A stretch of DNA of 64,000 nucleotides, from positions 866,142 through 930,141 of the forward strand of contig JACJYG010000004.1 of assembly GCA_020636215.1 (NCBI GenBank). The letters run 5' to 3'. How positions within the stretch are numbered: position 1 is the stretch's first letter; each line of letters begins with the position of its first letter. The DNA comes from Lewinellaceae bacterium (GTDB taxonomy: Bacteria > Bacteroidota > Bacteroidia > Chitinophagales > Saprospiraceae). Position numbers and translations under genes: made by a program. A model generated the notes under the pieces. That model was not told the DNA's origin. It worked only from the letters and a program-made list of their open reading frames with translations, and did no database searches. Shown here piece by piece: positions 16,901 through 26,353 of the stretch.

Positions 16901-18538
16901 ATGAAAATAGCCATTGCCCAACTCAACTTCCACATCGGCAATTTCGAAGGCAACCTGAGTAAAATGCTACAGGCGGTAGAAACGGCCAAAACCCAGGGCG
17001 CCGATCTCGTTTGCTTTAGCGAGCTGGCCACCGTAGGCTACCCCCCGCGCGACTTCCTGGAATTCGAGGACTTTATCGAACTGGCCGAGCATTCCGTGCA
17101 GGAATTGGCCAAAGCAGCAAAGGGCATCGCCATTGTGGTGGGCTCGCCAACCAAAAACCCGGTCATAGAGGGCAAGGACCTCTACAATTCGGCTTACTTC
17201 CTGGCCGATGGCCGAGTGCAGCAAATGCAACACAAAACCCTGCTGCCCACCTACGACATCTTTGATGAGTACCGCTATTTCGAGCCGGCCAATGAATGGC
17301 GGGTGGTGGAGTATCAAGGCAAGCGCATTGCCCTCACCGTATGCGAAGACATCTGGAACATCGGCAATGAAAACCCGCTCTACACCGTCTGTCCGTTGGA
17401 TGAGCTGGTTCCCCAAAAGCCGGATTTCATCCTCAACCTTTCTGCTTCTCCCTTCAGTTACAAGCAGGCCAACACGCGCATCCACACCGTAAAGGCCAAT
17501 GTGCAGCGCTACGGCATCCCCATGTTCTACGTCAACCACTGCGGCGCACAAACGGAGCTGATCTTCGACGGCGGCTCCCTCGTAGTGTCCCCTGATGGCA
17601 AGGTATTCGATGAACTCCCCTACTTCGAGGAGTGTATCCGCACTTATGAATTGGAAGCGGTGGTAAAAGGCGGCCGCGAAAACGAGCAGCCCAAGGAAAA
17701 GATGACGCTGATCCACGACGCCCTGTTGCTCGGCATCCGCGACTACTTCCGCAAGCTGGGCTTCAAGCGCGCCATACTAGGCTTGTCGGGAGGCATCGAT
17801 TCGGCGGTGGTGGCGGTGCTGGCCGCCCGCGCTCTTGGGCCCGACAATGTACGGGTGGTGCTCATGCCTTCGCAGTTCTCTTCGGACCACTCTATTCATG
17901 ACGCCAGAAAGCTGGCGGAGAATCTGGGCACACAATACGACATCATCCCCATCGAAGGCATATACCAATCCTATATCGAAGCACTGAAGCCCCACTTCTG
18001 GTCGCAGCCCTTCAATATCGCCGAGGAGAACCTGCAGGCCCGCGCCCGCGGCAACCTCCTGATGGCCTTGTCCAATAAGTTCGGTAATATCCTGCTCAAC
18101 ACTTCCAACAAGAGCGAAGTAGCCGTAGGCTATGGCACCCTTTATGGCGACATGTGCGGCGGCCTGTCGGTTATCGGTGACCTTTACAAAACCGAGGTAT
18201 TCGCCCTGGCGAGGTATATGAATAAAGACGGCGAGCTAATCCCGGAAAATATCATAACCAAACCGCCCTCCGCCGAGTTGCGGCCCAACCAGAAAGACAG
18301 CGACAGCCTGCCCGAGTACGAGGCCCTCGACGAGATCCTCTACGAATATATCGAAGGCCGCTTCAGCCCGCAGGATATCATCGAGCGGGGCTATGACGAA
18401 AAGCTGGTGCGCCGGGTACTGCGCCTGGTCAATATCAATGAGTTCAAACGCCACCAGATGGCTCCTGTGCTGCGGGTCTCGGAAAAGGCATTCGGTATGG
18501 GGAGGCGGATGCCCATCGTTGGAAAGTATCTGGCGTAA
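16901..18538 (+). CDS. nadE: Glutamine-dependent NAD+ synthetase
   Basis: 545 aa. N-terminal CN-hydrolase domain (ALTVCEDIW) and a C-terminal PP-loop GLSGGIDSAV. Confidence 0.93.
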   Translation: MKIAIAQLNFHIGNFEGNLSKMLQAVETAKTQGADLVCFSELATVGYPPRDFLEFEDFIELAEHSVQELAKAAKGIAIVVGSPTKNPVIEGKDLYNSAYFLADGRVQQMQHKTLLPTYDIFDEYRYFEPANEWRVVEYQGKRIALTVCEDIWNIGNENPLYTVCPLDELVPQKPDFILNLSASPFSYKQANTRIHTVKANVQRYGIPMFYVNHCGAQTELIFDGGSLVVSPDGKVFDELPYFEECIRTYELEAVVKGGRENEQPKEKMTLIHDALLLGIRDYFRKLGFKRAILGLSGGIDSAVVAVLAARALGPDNVRVVLMPSQFSSDHSIHDARKLAENLGTQYDIIPIEGIYQSYIEALKPHFWSQPFNIAEENLQARARGNLLMALSNKFGNILLNTSNKSEVAVGYGTLYGDMCGGLSVIGDLYKTEVFALARYMNKDGELIPENIITKPPSAELRPNQKDSDSLPEYEALDEILYEYIEGRFSPQDIIERGYDEKLVRRVLRLVNINEFKRHQMAPVLRVSEKAFGMGRRMPIVGKYLA

Positions 18539-18583
18539 AGCAGTGCGCAGTTGAAAAGGTGCACCGCAGGCGTGCCTGGAATT

Positions 18584-18687
18584 GAAATGCGAGAATGCGA
18601 GAATGCGGGAATGCGGGAATGCGGGAATGCGAGAATGCGGGAATGCGGGAATGCGAGAATGCGGGAATGTGAGAATGCGAGAATGCG
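18584..18687. repeat. Tandem array of 13 degenerate 8-nt words (RGAATGCG)
   Basis: gaaatgcg agaatgcg agaatgcg ggaatgcg x3 agaatgcg ggaatgcg x2 agaatgcg ggaatgtg agaatgcg agaatgcg. The track ORFs translating it (MRECGNAGMRECGN...) are artefacts. Confidence 0.9.
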
Positions 18688-18719
18688 TAAATGGAGGCTA
18701 TCTCACATTTACGCATTCT
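18680..18719. terminator. Hairpin with 14-bp arms (agaatgcgtaaatg / catttacgcattct) and a 12-nt loop, built from the last 8-mer word
   Basis: Lies between convergent nadE (+) and 18844..20265 (-). Confidence 0.5.
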
Positions 18720-18843
18720 TGTATCCAAGCAGTTAGAAAATCTGAACTAGTTATATTCGATGCTCCCTGGGTTTTTAGTTTATATCACCCGAAGAAGCGC
18801 CTCTAACCATTCAACAATAAGCCATTCAGCCATTCTCCCCCCA

Positions 18844-20265
18844 TTAATCCCGATAACGGATCTTCACCGTTTCACCGATACCACAACCTACCGTAACCGT
18901 TTGGCCTTCTTTGACACCGCGCATGAAGCCTTCCTGGCGTTCCGGCATAGCATCGCGGTATTGGCCGAGGCGTTTGTTGGCATCGGACGCCAGATCGGAG
19001 TCGGAGTCAATGGCTTTAGCGTAGCTGTATTTATCCATTGCCGCCAGGATAGCGAGGCGGGAGTTCCAGTCATCACAACCGCGGCCCATTTTGGCGTAGG
19101 CGTCACCGATGATGATGTAGGGCCGGCCCCATCCGGGCTTAAGCGTAGCGGCCTGGCGGGCGGCAGAAATAGCAGCACTCTCCTGGCTCAGGCGGTACAG
19201 GCGGATGGAGGCGATGCTGTAGTAGACCTGCGCTTTAGATTCCGGATCGTCGGTTGACTTCAGGCAATCTTCATAGCGGGCCAGGGCGCGCGAGTATTCC
19301 CCTTCCTGTTGTAATTGTGAGGCATCGTAGCAGGGGTTCTGCTGCCGGCGCACGATTTCCAGCGAGTCGTTAATCGACTTGGCGAGCACCTCGTATTTGC
19401 CCTTCAGTTCCTGCATAATAGCCTCCGTGGTGTCACAGCCTTGCTGCTTGAGTTTGACATAGGTGTACTGCACCACTTTCAGGTCCTCGGGGTTCTTTTC
19501 GTAATCCGGCAACAACTTGGTTTTAAAATAGGCGCAGTCGAACACCTCATCCTCGATCTCTTTAAAGTAATTGTCCATGCGAAGCTTTGTAGCCTCGAAG
19601 TACTTACCGTACCGCTCGTTCTTTTCGATGTTGTAATCGACGATCTCGGACATTTTGTTGTACATATCCTGGGTCTCTTTCTGGCTTACCATTTGGTTTT
19701 TGAAGAAATAGACCAGAATCTGGGAGAGGGGCTCCATGACGATATACTCTGTTTCGTTGCCACCTTTTTCCAGTGCTTCTTTCAGGACATTATATGTTTC
19801 CTGGCGGTAGCCGAATTCCGGCATGTAGAACATATCGAATCCTTTGCGGCCCAGCAGGAACGCCTCGTTCTTATAGCACTTAATTTGTTCATCATAAAGC
19901 CGGAGGATAAAATCCGCCAGTTCTTTTTTTACAGCGGGGTCAGTAGCCTTGTTATACTTCACTCTGACCAGGTCGCGGCCATCGGAGTAGTGAGAAGGGC
20001 GCTGGCCGTCGGCAGCCGGAGCAATGTCATAGGCCTTTTTCCAGTTGTTATAGGCCAGGTTGAATTCCTGTTCGCCGAGCTTTTCCAGGTCGGCGACTTC
20101 TTTCCCTTTAACAACGCCACGATACAAAACGTGGGCATTCTCCGCTTCTTCTTTCTTGGGAGAATTATTCCAGGTCGCACAAGGGTCCTTATCCTGCGCC
20201 AGAGACGCTCCGGCGAACAAGCCAGTAAGGGCGAGGGTTATGAGCGAGATGCGTAATTCCTTCAT
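18844..20265 (-). CDS. Hypothetical secreted, largely alpha-helical (TPR-like) protein
   Basis: 473 aa with a signal peptide. Lies 2 nt downstream of the beta-barrel gene in the same operon. Confidence 0.6.
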   Translation of the reverse strand: MKELRISLITLALTGLFAGASLAQDKDPCATWNNSPKKEEAENAHVLYRGVVKGKEVADLEKLGEQEFNLAYNNWKKAYDIAPAADGQRPSHYSDGRDLVRVKYNKATDPAVKKELADFILRLYDEQIKCYKNEAFLLGRKGFDMFYMPEFGYRQETYNVLKEALEKGGNETEYIVMEPLSQILVYFFKNQMVSQKETQDMYNKMSEIVDYNIEKNERYGKYFEATKLRMDNYFKEIEDEVFDCAYFKTKLLPDYEKNPEDLKVVQYTYVKLKQQGCDTTEAIMQELKGKYEVLAKSINDSLEIVRRQQNPCYDASQLQQEGEYSRALARYEDCLKSTDDPESKAQVYYSIASIRLYRLSQESAAISAARQAATLKPGWGRPYIIIGDAYAKMGRGCDDWNSRLAILAAMDKYSYAKAIDSDSDLASDANKRLGQYRDAMPERQEGFMRGVKEGQTVTVGCGIGETVKIRYRD

Positions 20266-20267
20266 GA

Positions 20268-21620
20268 TTAATTAAATTTTCGTTTGAAAAACCAAGTGTT
20301 ATCGTTCAGGGTAAACCCTAACGTCATTTTGACGTAGTTTTCTCTTAAAGTATCAGCCAGGCCAAACTGGCCAGCCTCCAATGCCAGATTAACAAAGGAG
20401 ATGCGCTGACGGGGAAGGATGAGGGGAAAGCCGAAACCAGCGGTTACCCCATATTTCCGAAGTTGTTCTCCCCCGAAGCTTCGTGGGTCTGTGCCGTAAA
20501 AAGCTCCGAAGCGATACCGGACCCGTTCGAAGTAATTGTTGTAAGATAAATAATTCGGGATGATTTCCACGGCCACCATGCCCCTCCAGGTATCTGACAG
20601 CGGGTCTTCGGGCTTGCCGTCATTGACGTATCCGCTCCAGTTCTGGATCTCAAATTCCGTCCCAATCCTCAATTTATTGCGATGTTCGTAAGTTAGGCCT
20701 ATCGCCAGGGAAGAAGGCAGCGTCCCTTTCTGTTCTACGATCGATCCATCCTGGATCGTATCCTGTACGCCATAAGTAAAGCTGTAGCGCTCCGCATAGT
20801 GGCTGGATTTGGTGTTGAAATCATTGGTGGAGCTGCCGTGGGCGCCGAAGATCAACCGACGGCCGGATGGTTCCAGCTCTCCGTTGGCGTTCAGTTTTTT
20901 GAAATCATGAGTGTATTGCAGGCCGAAGCGCCAGAAGAGGCCGCTGAGGCTGACATCATCCAGGAATTCCGTCACATAAGCATCGTTGAGGCTGTCGAAT
21001 TCTACCCGCCGGCTATTGGTCAGCTTGCCGAAAAGATAACCTAAGGTAGCTCCCGCCGAAAAACCTTTGTAGCTGATGGCGTTGCTCCAGGTCAGGTTGT
21101 AAGTACCGCCAGTGCCTTTCAGGTAATTGGTTACCAATCCTAGATCGGGCGACTCCACAGGAGCTTCAATATTGTAACCCACGATAGAATATGGCTGCAG
21201 GGCAAATGCCATGCCCAAACGGATGGGGGATTTTCGGCGGTCCAGCGTTTCATTGATCGGGTTGATCAGCGGAAACCCAAGGGCCATATACTGCAGGTTG
21301 CCACTCCAGATGCCTTGTGTAGCCTCTTCCCCTTTCAGGCCTGAGTATTGGGCATACAATCCCACTTCAAAGGCTGTAGACTGAAGCTGTGTCAGAGAAG
21401 CCGGGTTGAGGATATTGAGGTGGTAGGGGTCGTGGAAAGCAGCGCTCATGCCCGCCATACCGCCGGGCCCGGCGTAGAATTGATCGACGAGATTACCCAA
21501 CCCATACCTGGAATAAGGAGAGTTGATTTTGGGGGTGATCCCAGCGTTTTGCGCTAACATGGCCGCCGCGCCAAGGCATAGGCCCGCCGTAACAACAATT
21601 CTACTCCAAACGCTCGACAT
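20268..21620 (-). CDS. Putative outer-membrane beta-barrel protein
   Basis: 450 aa with a signal peptide. N-terminal NSPYSRYGLGNL motif, alternating beta-strand pattern and an aromatic-rich C-terminus. Overlaps the end of coaX by 20 nt. Confidence 0.55.
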   Translation of the reverse strand: MSSVWSRIVVTAGLCLGAAAMLAQNAGITPKINSPYSRYGLGNLVDQFYAGPGGMAGMSAAFHDPYHLNILNPASLTQLQSTAFEVGLYAQYSGLKGEEATQGIWSGNLQYMALGFPLINPINETLDRRKSPIRLGMAFALQPYSIVGYNIEAPVESPDLGLVTNYLKGTGGTYNLTWSNAISYKGFSAGATLGYLFGKLTNSRRVEFDSLNDAYVTEFLDDVSLSGLFWRFGLQYTHDFKKLNANGELEPSGRRLIFGAHGSSTNDFNTKSSHYAERYSFTYGVQDTIQDGSIVEQKGTLPSSLAIGLTYEHRNKLRIGTEFEIQNWSGYVNDGKPEDPLSDTWRGMVAVEIIPNYLSYNNYFERVRYRFGAFYGTDPRSFGGEQLRKYGVTAGFGFPLILPRQRISFVNLALEAGQFGLADTLRENYVKMTLGFTLNDNTWFFKRKFN

Positions 21621-22338
21621 TATAGTTCAGGATTTGATTTAGCCCTTGAAGGACTAAATTGTGATTCACAAATATCTCGCTTTTCATATTTTTTACAAAA
21701 AAATCCGCATCTCCACCGGTGAAAAGCGCTTTTAATGTTCCAAAGTATGTGCGAAAGTAGTCAATATACCCTTCCGCTTCCAGCAGGGCGCCCAATTGTG
21801 CGCCGTTGCGCAGGGCTGTTTCCGTGCTCGCACCCACCCAGCTTTCTATTGGGCCGGGGGGCGCCAGTGGCAGGCGAGCCGTAAAGGTATGCATTGCCCG
21901 CAAGCGCATTGCAATGCCCGGCGAAATATTTCCACCCATATAAACCCCATCGGCACGAAGCAGGTCGTAAGTAATGCAGGTGCCGGCATCTACCACCAGG
22001 CAATTCTCATCAGGAAAAAGTGCAAAGGCGCCCACTACGGCCGCCAGGCGGTCTTTTCCCAGCGTTTCGGGTGTCTCGTAGAGATTTTGAATGGGCAAAG
22101 GTGTAGTGGCGTCCAGTTCCAAATAGAAAAAACGCTCCTCTAAAGCCTTGCGCACGCTCATCCCCGGCCAGTCGGCCACACTAGATAAGATGATATTTTT
22201 GGCGTTATGGTTGGTTGCTATTTCCGATAAATATTCCAGCCCCCCATTTTCCCGGGTTTCCTGGTACATCAAGTCGCCATCTTTAAAAACGCCGAACTTG
22301 GTACGGGTGTTGCCGATATCTACAGTGAGGTTCACCAT
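21601..22338 (-). CDS. coaX: Type III pantothenate kinase
   Basis: 245 aa. N-terminal VDIGNTRTKFG phosphate-binding motif, plus VVDAGTCITYD. Confidence 0.85.
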   Translation of the reverse strand: MVNLTVDIGNTRTKFGVFKDGDLMYQETRENGGLEYLSEIATNHNAKNIILSSVADWPGMSVRKALEERFFYLELDATTPLPIQNLYETPETLGKDRLAAVVGAFALFPDENCLVVDAGTCITYDLLRADGVYMGGNISPGIAMRLRAMHTFTARLPLAPPGPIESWVGASTETALRNGAQLGALLEAEGYIDYFRTYFGTLKALFTGGDADFFVKNMKSEIFVNHNLVLQGLNQILNYNVERLE

Positions 22339-22383
22339 TATTTAATCAAAAGCAAGTGCCTCTTTTGAGCCTGTTGGGGTTAA

Positions 22384-23943
22384 TTAATGTTTAAAATGCC
22401 GCACCCCCGTCATCACCATGGCCATCCCGTGCTCATCACAAAAATCAATACTGTCCTGATCCTTAATGGAGCCCCCAGGCTGAATAACGGCCGTTATGCC
22501 GGCCTCAAAGGCGATCTCTACACTATCGGCAAAAGGGAAGAAGGCATCGGAGGCCATCACGGCGCCCTGCAGGTTGAAGCCAAAAGCCTTGGCTTTAATT
22601 ATGGCTTGCTTCAGAGCATCCACCCGCGAAGTCTGCCCGCATCCCATACCGATGAGTTGTTTGTCTTTGGCCAGCACAATGGTATTGGATTTAAGATGCT
22701 TGGCGCAAATGTTGGCGAACAGCAGGTCTTCGGTTTCCGCTGAAGTTGGGGCTTTTTTAGTCACGACAGACAGGCCTTCCGCCGTTTCAATTTTCAGGTC
22801 CGTATCCTGTTCGATGACCCCGTTTAACAGGCTCTTGAAACTTCTGCGGTTGGCATGCCAGTCTTTGATGCGCAACAGAATCCGCTTCTTTTTTTTCGCC
22901 AGTAAAGCCAGGGCATCCTGTTCAAAAGCAGGTGCGATCAGTACTTCGTAGAAAATATGATCGATCTCTTCCGCAGTAGCCAGGCCGATGGCGCAATTGG
23001 CGATCAGGATCCCTCCAAAAGCAGAAACATTATCGGCTGCAAGGGCGTCTTTCCAGGCTTCCAGGATGGTGTTCCGGCTGGCTACCCCGCAGGAATTGGT
23101 ATGTTTCAGAATGGCAAAAGTGGGTTCGGCGTCTTTGAATTCCCGCATCAGGGCGACGGCCGCATCGATGTCGACGAGGTTGTTGTAGGACAACTCCTTG
23201 CCTCCGATCTTTTCGAACATATCCTCCAAATTGCCATAAAACACACCAGGCTGATGGGGGTTTTCGCCATAACGGAGCGGTTCCGACTGCAGGATGCTCT
23301 GCTGGAAAGCCTCCCCTTCGTGGCCGCGGTTGAAGTAGTGAAAGATGGCCGTATCGTAGTGCGAAGAAACCAGGAAAGCCCTGCGGGCCAGCTCCCTGCG
23401 GTCAGCCAATTCGGTATGGCCGTCCTTTTCTTTCAGCAATTGCAGCAGCATCCCGTATTCCGCTTTGGATGGAACCACCACCACATCCCCGAAATTTTTT
23501 GCGGCCGCACGGATCAGCGAGATGCCTCCAATGTCGATCTTCTCGATGATGGCGGCCTCCTCCGAGGTAGTGGCCACCGTTTCTTCAAAAGGATAAAGGT
23601 CCACAATGACAAGGTCGATCTCCGGTATGCCGTACTGCGTCAATTGCGCCAGGTGGCTTTCTTCCCGTCGGGCCAGAATGCCGCCGAAAACCTTTGGATG
23701 CAGTGTTTTTACCCGGCCATCCAGGATAGAAGGGTAAGAAGTGAGGTTTTCCACTGCTTCCACTTCGGCGCCCAGGCCTTCCAGAAAATGTTGTGTACCC
23801 CCGGTAGAATATAACCGAACGCCCAGGCGCTGCAGTTCGCGGACGATAGGCTCCAGCCCATCCTTGTGGTACACGGAAATCAATGCTGAATGGATCTTTT
23901 TGCCGGACATGTTTTTGTAGTTTATTTTGTTTTGCAGGAGCAT
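22384..23943 (-). CDS. purH: Bifunctional AICAR transformylase / IMP cyclohydrolase
   Basis: ALISVYHKDGL (MGS-like domain), GGTQHFL, KTLHPKV, and a C-terminal AICARFT domain ending MVMTGVRHFKH. The likely true start is MSGKK at 23910. A TACCTTTG box lies on the minus strand at 23971..23978. Confidence 0.92.
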   Translation of the reverse strand: MLLQNKINYKNMSGKKIHSALISVYHKDGLEPIVRELQRLGVRLYSTGGTQHFLEGLGAEVEAVENLTSYPSILDGRVKTLHPKVFGGILARREESHLAQLTQYGIPEIDLVIVDLYPFEETVATTSEEAAIIEKIDIGGISLIRAAAKNFGDVVVVPSKAEYGMLLQLLKEKDGHTELADRRELARRAFLVSSHYDTAIFHYFNRGHEGEAFQQSILQSEPLRYGENPHQPGVFYGNLEDMFEKIGGKELSYNNLVDIDAAVALMREFKDAEPTFAILKHTNSCGVASRNTILEAWKDALAADNVSAFGGILIANCAIGLATAEEIDHIFYEVLIAPAFEQDALALLAKKKKRILLRIKDWHANRRSFKSLLNGVIEQDTDLKIETAEGLSVVTKKAPTSAETEDLLFANICAKHLKSNTIVLAKDKQLIGMGCGQTSRVDALKQAIIKAKAFGFNLQGAVMASDAFFPFADSVEIAFEAGITAVIQPGGSIKDQDSIDFCDEHGMAMVMTGVRHFKH

Positions 23944-24314
23944 CGTACTCGGCTACCGCCTTTGGCGGCGCAAAGGTACGCATTCAAGTCAAAAATGACA
24001 AAGGACAATGATGTATTCCCGATGGGTGATTTCGAATTCAAAAACCTGACAATAAAAAATCTATGGTTGGCGCCCGGGCCATCAAAACGCTACTTTTGAA
24101 AACAGAAGGAAATTCATGACAAACTAAACCCTATTAACGGCCCCAATGACCAAATGCTTCTGGCTATGAAAGCTCAATGCGCACACTCTAACAGGGTTAT
24201 TAGCTGGCTCCCCTACCACACTGCCTTCAAGCAAAACGGGTGAGCCAGCTCTTTTCAACTTTACCACCCGCTGTTCCACGCCGACTTTCTGAACCCAATC
24301 ATCAAAATAGAGCT

Positions 24315-26348
24315 ATGAAAACATCCTTTCTGCTGCTGGCCGCATTCCTGTGCGGTGCAGCGGCCTTTTCGCAAACTTCCCTCACCGGCAAAGTGACGGA
24401 CGCCGGATCAGGGGATCCCATCATATTTGGAAACGTCGCTTTACTCAAAAACGGGGTTCTCGTTACCGGTACCGAAACCGACTTTGAAGGTAATTATACC
24501 ATTAACACCATCGACCCCGGGACATACGAGGTGGAAGTATCCTATGTGGGCTACCGCAAAGAGCGCATCAAAGGCGTTAAGGTACTGGCTGATAAAGCCA
24601 ACCGGCTCGATATTACCCTTAGCGCAGAAGGAGTGGTGCTCGATGAAGTAGTCGTTACGGAATACAAGGTGCCGCTCATCGAGCAGGACAACACCACCTC
24701 CGGAGCCGTTATTTCCATGAACAGAGGCGGAGGTGGGTATAATCGGAGCCGAAACGCTCGAAAAAGCAGAGAAAAAACTAAGGGTAAAACCCTGACTTCT
24801 GAAGAAATCAGGAATTTGCCGACCCGGGATATTAACGGCCTTGCGGCGAACAGCGCCGGGCTTTCCTCCGGCCAGCAAGGACAGGATATCAATGTGCGCG
24901 GCTCCCGCAACCAGGCTACCGATTATTATATCGATGGTATTCGGGTAAGCGGAACGCAACCGCAGCAGGGAGCCGGCGGCGAAGGCTATACAGCCATCCT
25001 TGAAAACGGTTACGTCAGCACCGGGCAGGAAGCCTTCTCCACATTCTCCATCGATGTCGACAAAGCTGCCTACAGCAATGTACGCCGTTTCCTCGACAAC
25101 GGCCAACTGCCCCCGCCCGACGCGGTGCGCACTGAGGAACTGGTCAACTATTTCCAGTACGATTACCCACAACCTACCGATGAGCATCCTTTCGCCATCT
25201 ATACCGAACTGGGCGAATGCCCCTGGCAATCCGGGCACTGGCTGCTGCACATTGGCCTCAAAGGAAAGGAAGTCAGCATGAAAGACGCCCCGCCCTCCCA
25301 CCTGGTATTCCTCATCGACGTTTCCGGCTCCATGGGCACGGCTGCAAAACTGCCTTTGGTCAAAGAAGCCCTCGGTTTACTCGTAGAGCAACTGCGACCC
25401 CAGGACCGCATCTCCATCGTCACTTACGCCGGCAACTTCGCCACTCTTCTTGAGGCGGCCGCAGGGGATGAAAAGAAAAAGATCCGCTCCGTTATCAACG
25501 CCCTGAGCACCGGGGGTGGCACTGCCGGTGGGGCCGCCTTGCAACGCGCCTATGAACTGGCCGCCCAATACTTCCTGCCGGATGGAAACAACCGGGTCAT
25601 TCTCGCCACCGACGGCGATTTCAACATCGGCATCAGCAGTCCCAAGGAACTGGAGGAATTCATCGAACAGAAACGACAAACCGGCATCTACCTCAGCGCA
25701 CTGGGCTTTGGCATGGGCAACTACCAGGACAATCGCCTGGAGGTGCTGGCCGACAAAGGCAACGGCAACTATGCCTACATCGACAAACTGGAAGAGGCTG
25801 AAAAATTGTTTATCACCGAAGGCAGCGGCACTTTATTCGCCATCGCCGAAGATGTTAAACTGCAGGTGGAATTTGATTCTACCCAGGTCGCATCCTACCG
25901 TCTGATTGGCTACGAAAACCGCCTGCTGGCCCGCGAAGACTTCGAGGATGACACCAAAGACGCCGGCGAACTGGGCGCCGGCCATACCGTGACGGCGCTT
26001 TACGAGCTGGAACCCTCCACCAGCATGGGCAGTCCTGAAAAAGCACCGGCTACCATTCACTTCCGCTACAAGCGTCCACGGGAGTCCCAAAGTTTTTACC
26101 TCAAACACGAGGCTGATACTGTTGTAAAACAAGTAGCGCAAGCCTCCGAAAATTTCCGCTTTTCCGCTGCGGTGGCCGCCTTCGCTATGTTGCTGCGCGA
26201 TTCCCAATACAAGGGCAACGCTTCCTTCGAAGCAGCAGCCCAATTGGCCGAGAATGCCCGACAGGCCGATCTGGAAGGAAGCCGCGAAGAATTTGTCGGA
26301 TTGGTAAAAAAAGCACTGGAACTCAGCCAGATGGCTGCTAAAAGATAA
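24315..26348 (+). CDS. Secreted von Willebrand factor A (vWA) domain protein with an N-terminal CarboxypepD_reg-like domain
   Basis: Start chosen at MKTSFLLLAAFL (signal peptide). LTGKVTD...GNYTI...GTYEVEVSYVGY is the carboxypeptidase-regulatory fold. MIDAS motif FLIDVSGSM. The C-terminal region resembles YfbK-type proteins. Confidence 0.8.
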   Translation: MKTSFLLLAAFLCGAAAFSQTSLTGKVTDAGSGDPIIFGNVALLKNGVLVTGTETDFEGNYTINTIDPGTYEVEVSYVGYRKERIKGVKVLADKANRLDITLSAEGVVLDEVVVTEYKVPLIEQDNTTSGAVISMNRGGGGYNRSRNARKSREKTKGKTLTSEEIRNLPTRDINGLAANSAGLSSGQQGQDINVRGSRNQATDYYIDGIRVSGTQPQQGAGGEGYTAILENGYVSTGQEAFSTFSIDVDKAAYSNVRRFLDNGQLPPPDAVRTEELVNYFQYDYPQPTDEHPFAIYTELGECPWQSGHWLLHIGLKGKEVSMKDAPPSHLVFLIDVSGSMGTAAKLPLVKEALGLLVEQLRPQDRISIVTYAGNFATLLEAAAGDEKKKIRSVINALSTGGGTAGGAALQRAYELAAQYFLPDGNNRVILATDGDFNIGISSPKELEEFIEQKRQTGIYLSALGFGMGNYQDNRLEVLADKGNGNYAYIDKLEEAEKLFITEGSGTLFAIAEDVKLQVEFDSTQVASYRLIGYENRLLAREDFEDDTKDAGELGAGHTVTALYELEPSTSMGSPEKAPATIHFRYKRPRESQSFYLKHEADTVVKQVAQASENFRFSAAVAAFAMLLRDSQYKGNASFEAAAQLAENARQADLEGSREEFVGLVKKALELSQMAAKR

Positions 26349-26353
26349 TTGCT

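Noticed and set aside
18444-18806. ORFs translating the 8-mer array (MRECGNAGMRECGN..., SHSRIPAFSHSRIPAF...)
   Set aside because: They are direct read-through of a tandem repeat whose period is not a multiple of 3.
The same applies to the ORFs at 12905..13277, 41582..41993 and 44917..45267.
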